Assembly (NCBI GenBank): GCA_965153355.1
Contig: OZ231126.1
Span: forward strand, 11,842,001 to 11,906,000
Source: Flaccisagitta enflata
Taxonomy: Eukaryota
Direction: 5' to 3'
DNA length: 64,000 nucleotides
The notes beneath the pieces were generated by a model that was not told where the DNA came from, searched no databases, and worked only from the letters and a program-made list of their open reading frames with translations. This document shows, one piece after another, positions 60,570-64,000 of this stretch. Position numbers and translations under genes: made by a program. Every line of letters starts with the position of its first letter. Position 1 is the stretch's first letter.

Positions 60570-61830
60570 GGTCGCCCAAGGGCAATACGTGGTCAGCAAT
60601 ACTCGTTGCCCTGCTTTGCGTGGTTGTAAATCGGAATGAGAGGCAGGGCAGCGGCCCCAAAGGGGACGAAGTCCTGTAGAATTCAGGGGACTTTTGTTTG
60701 TTTGTTTGTCCGTCCGTCCGTCCATCCGCTCCCCCCCCAGGCCCTCTCAGGCCTGAAACCTGCCCTCTCAGGCCTAAAATCTGCCCTCTCAGGCCTGAAA
60801 TCTGCCTTCTCAGATCTTGAATTTGAGAGGGCAGATTTCAGGCCTGGGAGGGCAGATTTTTGGCCTGAGAGGACAGGTTTCAGGTCTGAAAGGGCTCATT
60901 TCAGGCCTAAGAGGGCAGATTCAAGGCCTGAGAGGGCAGATTCAGGCCTGAGAGGGCAAATTTTAGGCCTGAGAGGGCAGATTTCAGGCCTGAGAGGGCC
61001 TGGGGGGGGGACGAACGGACGGATGAACGAACGAACGAACAAACAAACGAAAGTCCCCTGTGTTCTACAGGACTTTGTCCCCTTCGGGGCCGCTGCCCAA
61101 AAAAGCAAGGCCGGATACACGGCTACCCTAGTCGCGTGCGGGTTGGCAGGAGCAGTGCTGGAGAAGGTCACCAGGACAACTGGGCAGGAGCCGTATGCTC
61201 AAAAAGCTCAAAAACGCCAAAAAAATAAAAGGTCGCCCAAGGGCAATATGTGGTCAGCGATACCTGTTGCCCTGCTTTGCATGGTTGTAAATCGGAATGA
61301 GAGGCAAGGCAGCGGCCCCGAAGGAGACGAAGTCCTGTAGAACACAGGGACTTTCGTTTGTTTGTTCGTTCGTTTGTTTGTTCGTCCGTCCATCCATCCG
61401 CCCCCCAGGCCCTCTCAGGCCTGAAATCTGTCCTCTCAGGCCTAAAATCTGCCCTCTCAGGCCTAAACTCTGCCCTCTCAGGCCCTGAATCTGAGAGGGC
61501 TGATTTCAGGCCCGAGAGGGCAGTTTCAAGGCCTGAGAGGAGAGATTTCAGGCCTGAGAGGGCAGATTTCAGGCCTGAGAAGGCAGATTTTAGGCCTGAG
61601 AGGGCAGATTTCAGGCCTGAGAGAGCCTGGGGGGGACGGACAAACAAACAAACAAACAAACAAACAAACAAACAAACAAACAAATGAACAAAAGTCCCCT
61701 ATTTTCTACAGGACTTCGTCCCCTTCAGGGCCGCTGCCCAAAAAGGGGACCGACCGACCAACCGACCGACCAACCGACCAACCGACTAACCAACATAGCG
61801 GGTTGTAGAGTCGCGTAGCACGCGACTAAA
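60570..61830. mobile_element. Cluster: family B (60570-61102), then family A (61106-61830) with nested family B (61230-61742)
   Basis: Shared termini as above; the 21-bp array CTCTCAGGCCTGAAATCTGCC switches orientation mid-element. Confidence 0.78.
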
Positions 61831-63579
61831 AAGAGAACGAATAATTAGAATTAATACAAGTGCATCACCAGTTAGAGCTCCCAAGGCTCTTGTCCTTTTT
61901 TCTGGAATTTGATTTTGAACTGATGACTATAAATGGGAAAAGGTTTCTCTAACAAAAGTTGAAAGATCATAGGATTTTGATTGGCATAGATGGTTTCTAT
62001 GCTAATGTGTAAAATTTTCTCTTTATCTTTCCAGAAAAATTGTCCGGGACAGACAGGCATACAGACACGAACCTTGGAGGCGGAAACTACTTCGACTTTG
62101 AGGATTATGATAACTTTCGACTGTCTGACTCTGAGGCGACACTTTCACCCCCTATTAGTGGTACAGTAGTTCTCATCCAGACTTGAGATGATGGATGCTG
62201 GCATGGCACGGAGATGGATGATGCCAGGGAGTCAAATTTGGAATATACATGAGATGTAAAAAGAAACAGTCGCCAAAGGGCAATAGTGGTCAGCGGTACC
62301 CATTGCCCTGCAGGGCTAGCGACCAAGAAGGGTAACGGCCTCAAAGGGGACAAAGTCTTGCATAACACAGGGGGATTTTTGTTTGTCTTACCTGAGAAAG
62401 TTGATGAGATGCTACAGCAAGCTCATTGAGGGCCTATGATAGCCTGAAGAGTTCCTCATAACTGATTCTGAGCCCAAGAATAGTAGCTAGGCTGAATTTA
62501 AGCCAAAGAAGGTTGATTTGAGGCTGAAGGGGGCTGAATTAATGTCTGAGGGTGCTGAGTTGAGGATCAGATGGACTGATATAGGGCCTGATTTGAAGAC
62601 ATATGTGTATGTCCGTGTTCTACAGGACTTTTTCCCCTTTGGGACAGCTACCCTAGAAGACACGGTATTCATCAACCTCGTCGGTTACAATGATGTCATA
62701 TATCCGTATTTCACTCTAAACATTTTATTATGAACATACATTCTTCGGAAGCATTGATCAGCATCAGATACCATCTAGGAAAAAAGTTTAGCAACACTTA
62801 TGGTTGACAGTATGTTTTGCCCCCTCATATTCACAAAACTTTTGTTTTTGATTGTTTTTGGTTATTTTTAGTCGCGTGCTACGCGACTCTACACCCCACT
62901 TTGTCAGTCCGTCGGTCCGTCGGTCTGTCCGTTGGTCCGTCCGTCCGTCGCAATTTACTTTTTCGGCATTGATGGGGTTTTTGGCTATGGCGCTCCTGCC
63001 CAAATGCTCAACTGACCTCTAATATGGCCCCTGCCCACCCGCACGCGACTGGTGTAGCCGTGTATCCGGCCTTGTTGTAATTATACTAACTAGAACAAAA
63101 GAGAAAAACAATTTTTAATCCAATATAGGGACCGTGAGTTTGGTTTGTTTATCACGACCAATAGGTGGTTGCCGTAAAATCAATAAATTTTTGGTCATTT
63201 TGACTGCAAAATTCGGCTACTTCTCATTTCAAATCTGCCTTAAAATCCATGAGATCATTTAACTAGAGCTCAAGAGCTAACCAGCAGTGAAATCCGCATG
63301 TCTTCATCATTTTTTGGTAGAAATAAAAAGAATTTCAAAGATGGAAAGGTAGGAGTCCCATTTTTTGCCATTCTTCAAAGTATTTGATCAACTTCAAACT
63401 AATGGCATTTCCAAACGGTTTGATGCACAGCAAAGAGATTGCACTCAGATTGTAGATCTTTTGATGTAGATTAAAGTGCTCATGAATTTTCTACACCTAT
63501 CTAAATGAAAAGCTGAGATATCTCTCTTTAAAGGTGTTGCTAAACATATTTTCTAGATAGTATGTCTAATCTTTCACTT

Positions 63580-63770
63580 ACATACATAGTTACATACCTA
63601 CATACATACATACATACATACATACATACATACATACATACATACATACATACATACATACATACATACAAACATACATACATACATACATACATACATG
63701 CATACATACATGGATACATACTTACATACATACATATATACATACATACATACATAATACGTACATACTA
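63580..63770. repeat. (TACA)n microsatellite
   Basis: Seen directly. Confidence 0.95.
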
Positions 63771-64000
63771 ACAAATACAATGGTATATGTTCTGCTAGAA
63801 TGACGCTCATTGGGTCGTTGCTAAGGACCGTCAGAGATGAATATGTTGGCCATGTATTCGGCCTTATTCGTATTACTGCAAATGCATACAGTATGTTTCA
63901 ACTCTTTTGCAGCATTTTACGACGGCATGATTCCTGGAGTAATAGAGATGAATTAATTTTGAAAAAAGTCTTTGATAGGTAATAGTTTGGCATTTCATAG

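Noticed and set aside
60636-61687. 234-aa and 171-aa ORFs with heptad-like SGLKSAL repeats
   Set aside because: Products of the 21-bp array in dispersed family B elements; the frame is not conserved between copies.

Overview
Repeat-dense eukaryotic (animal-like, spliceosomal GT-AG introns) genomic window; no prokaryotic features, RNA genes or CRISPR array. Two convergent multi-exon genes can be assembled by hand with consistent splice phases. (1) A + strand multicopper oxidase/laccase (6215-28837, 7 exons, ~892 aa) with a signal peptide, a Cys-rich N-terminus, all four copper-binding motifs and a probable C-terminal transmembrane anchor encoded ~16 kb downstream. (2) A - strand orphan type-I membrane protein (37738-31868, 7 exons, ~685 aa). 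The ~16-kb laccase intron holds a nest of transposons. Its centre is a very young 11.6-kb Gypsy-type LTR element (478-bp LTRs with one mismatch by eye, 4-bp TSD, tRNA-Gly-like PBS, PPT). That element encodes an unknown 401-aa ORF and a Gag with an (RDRGRYDS)n tail, shows no recognisable pol, and carries several kb of other repeats. The rest is Helentron/DINE-1-like interspersed elements, TA-flanked MITEs/foldbacks, G-rich satellites and microsatellites. All calls were made by eye, without database searches.
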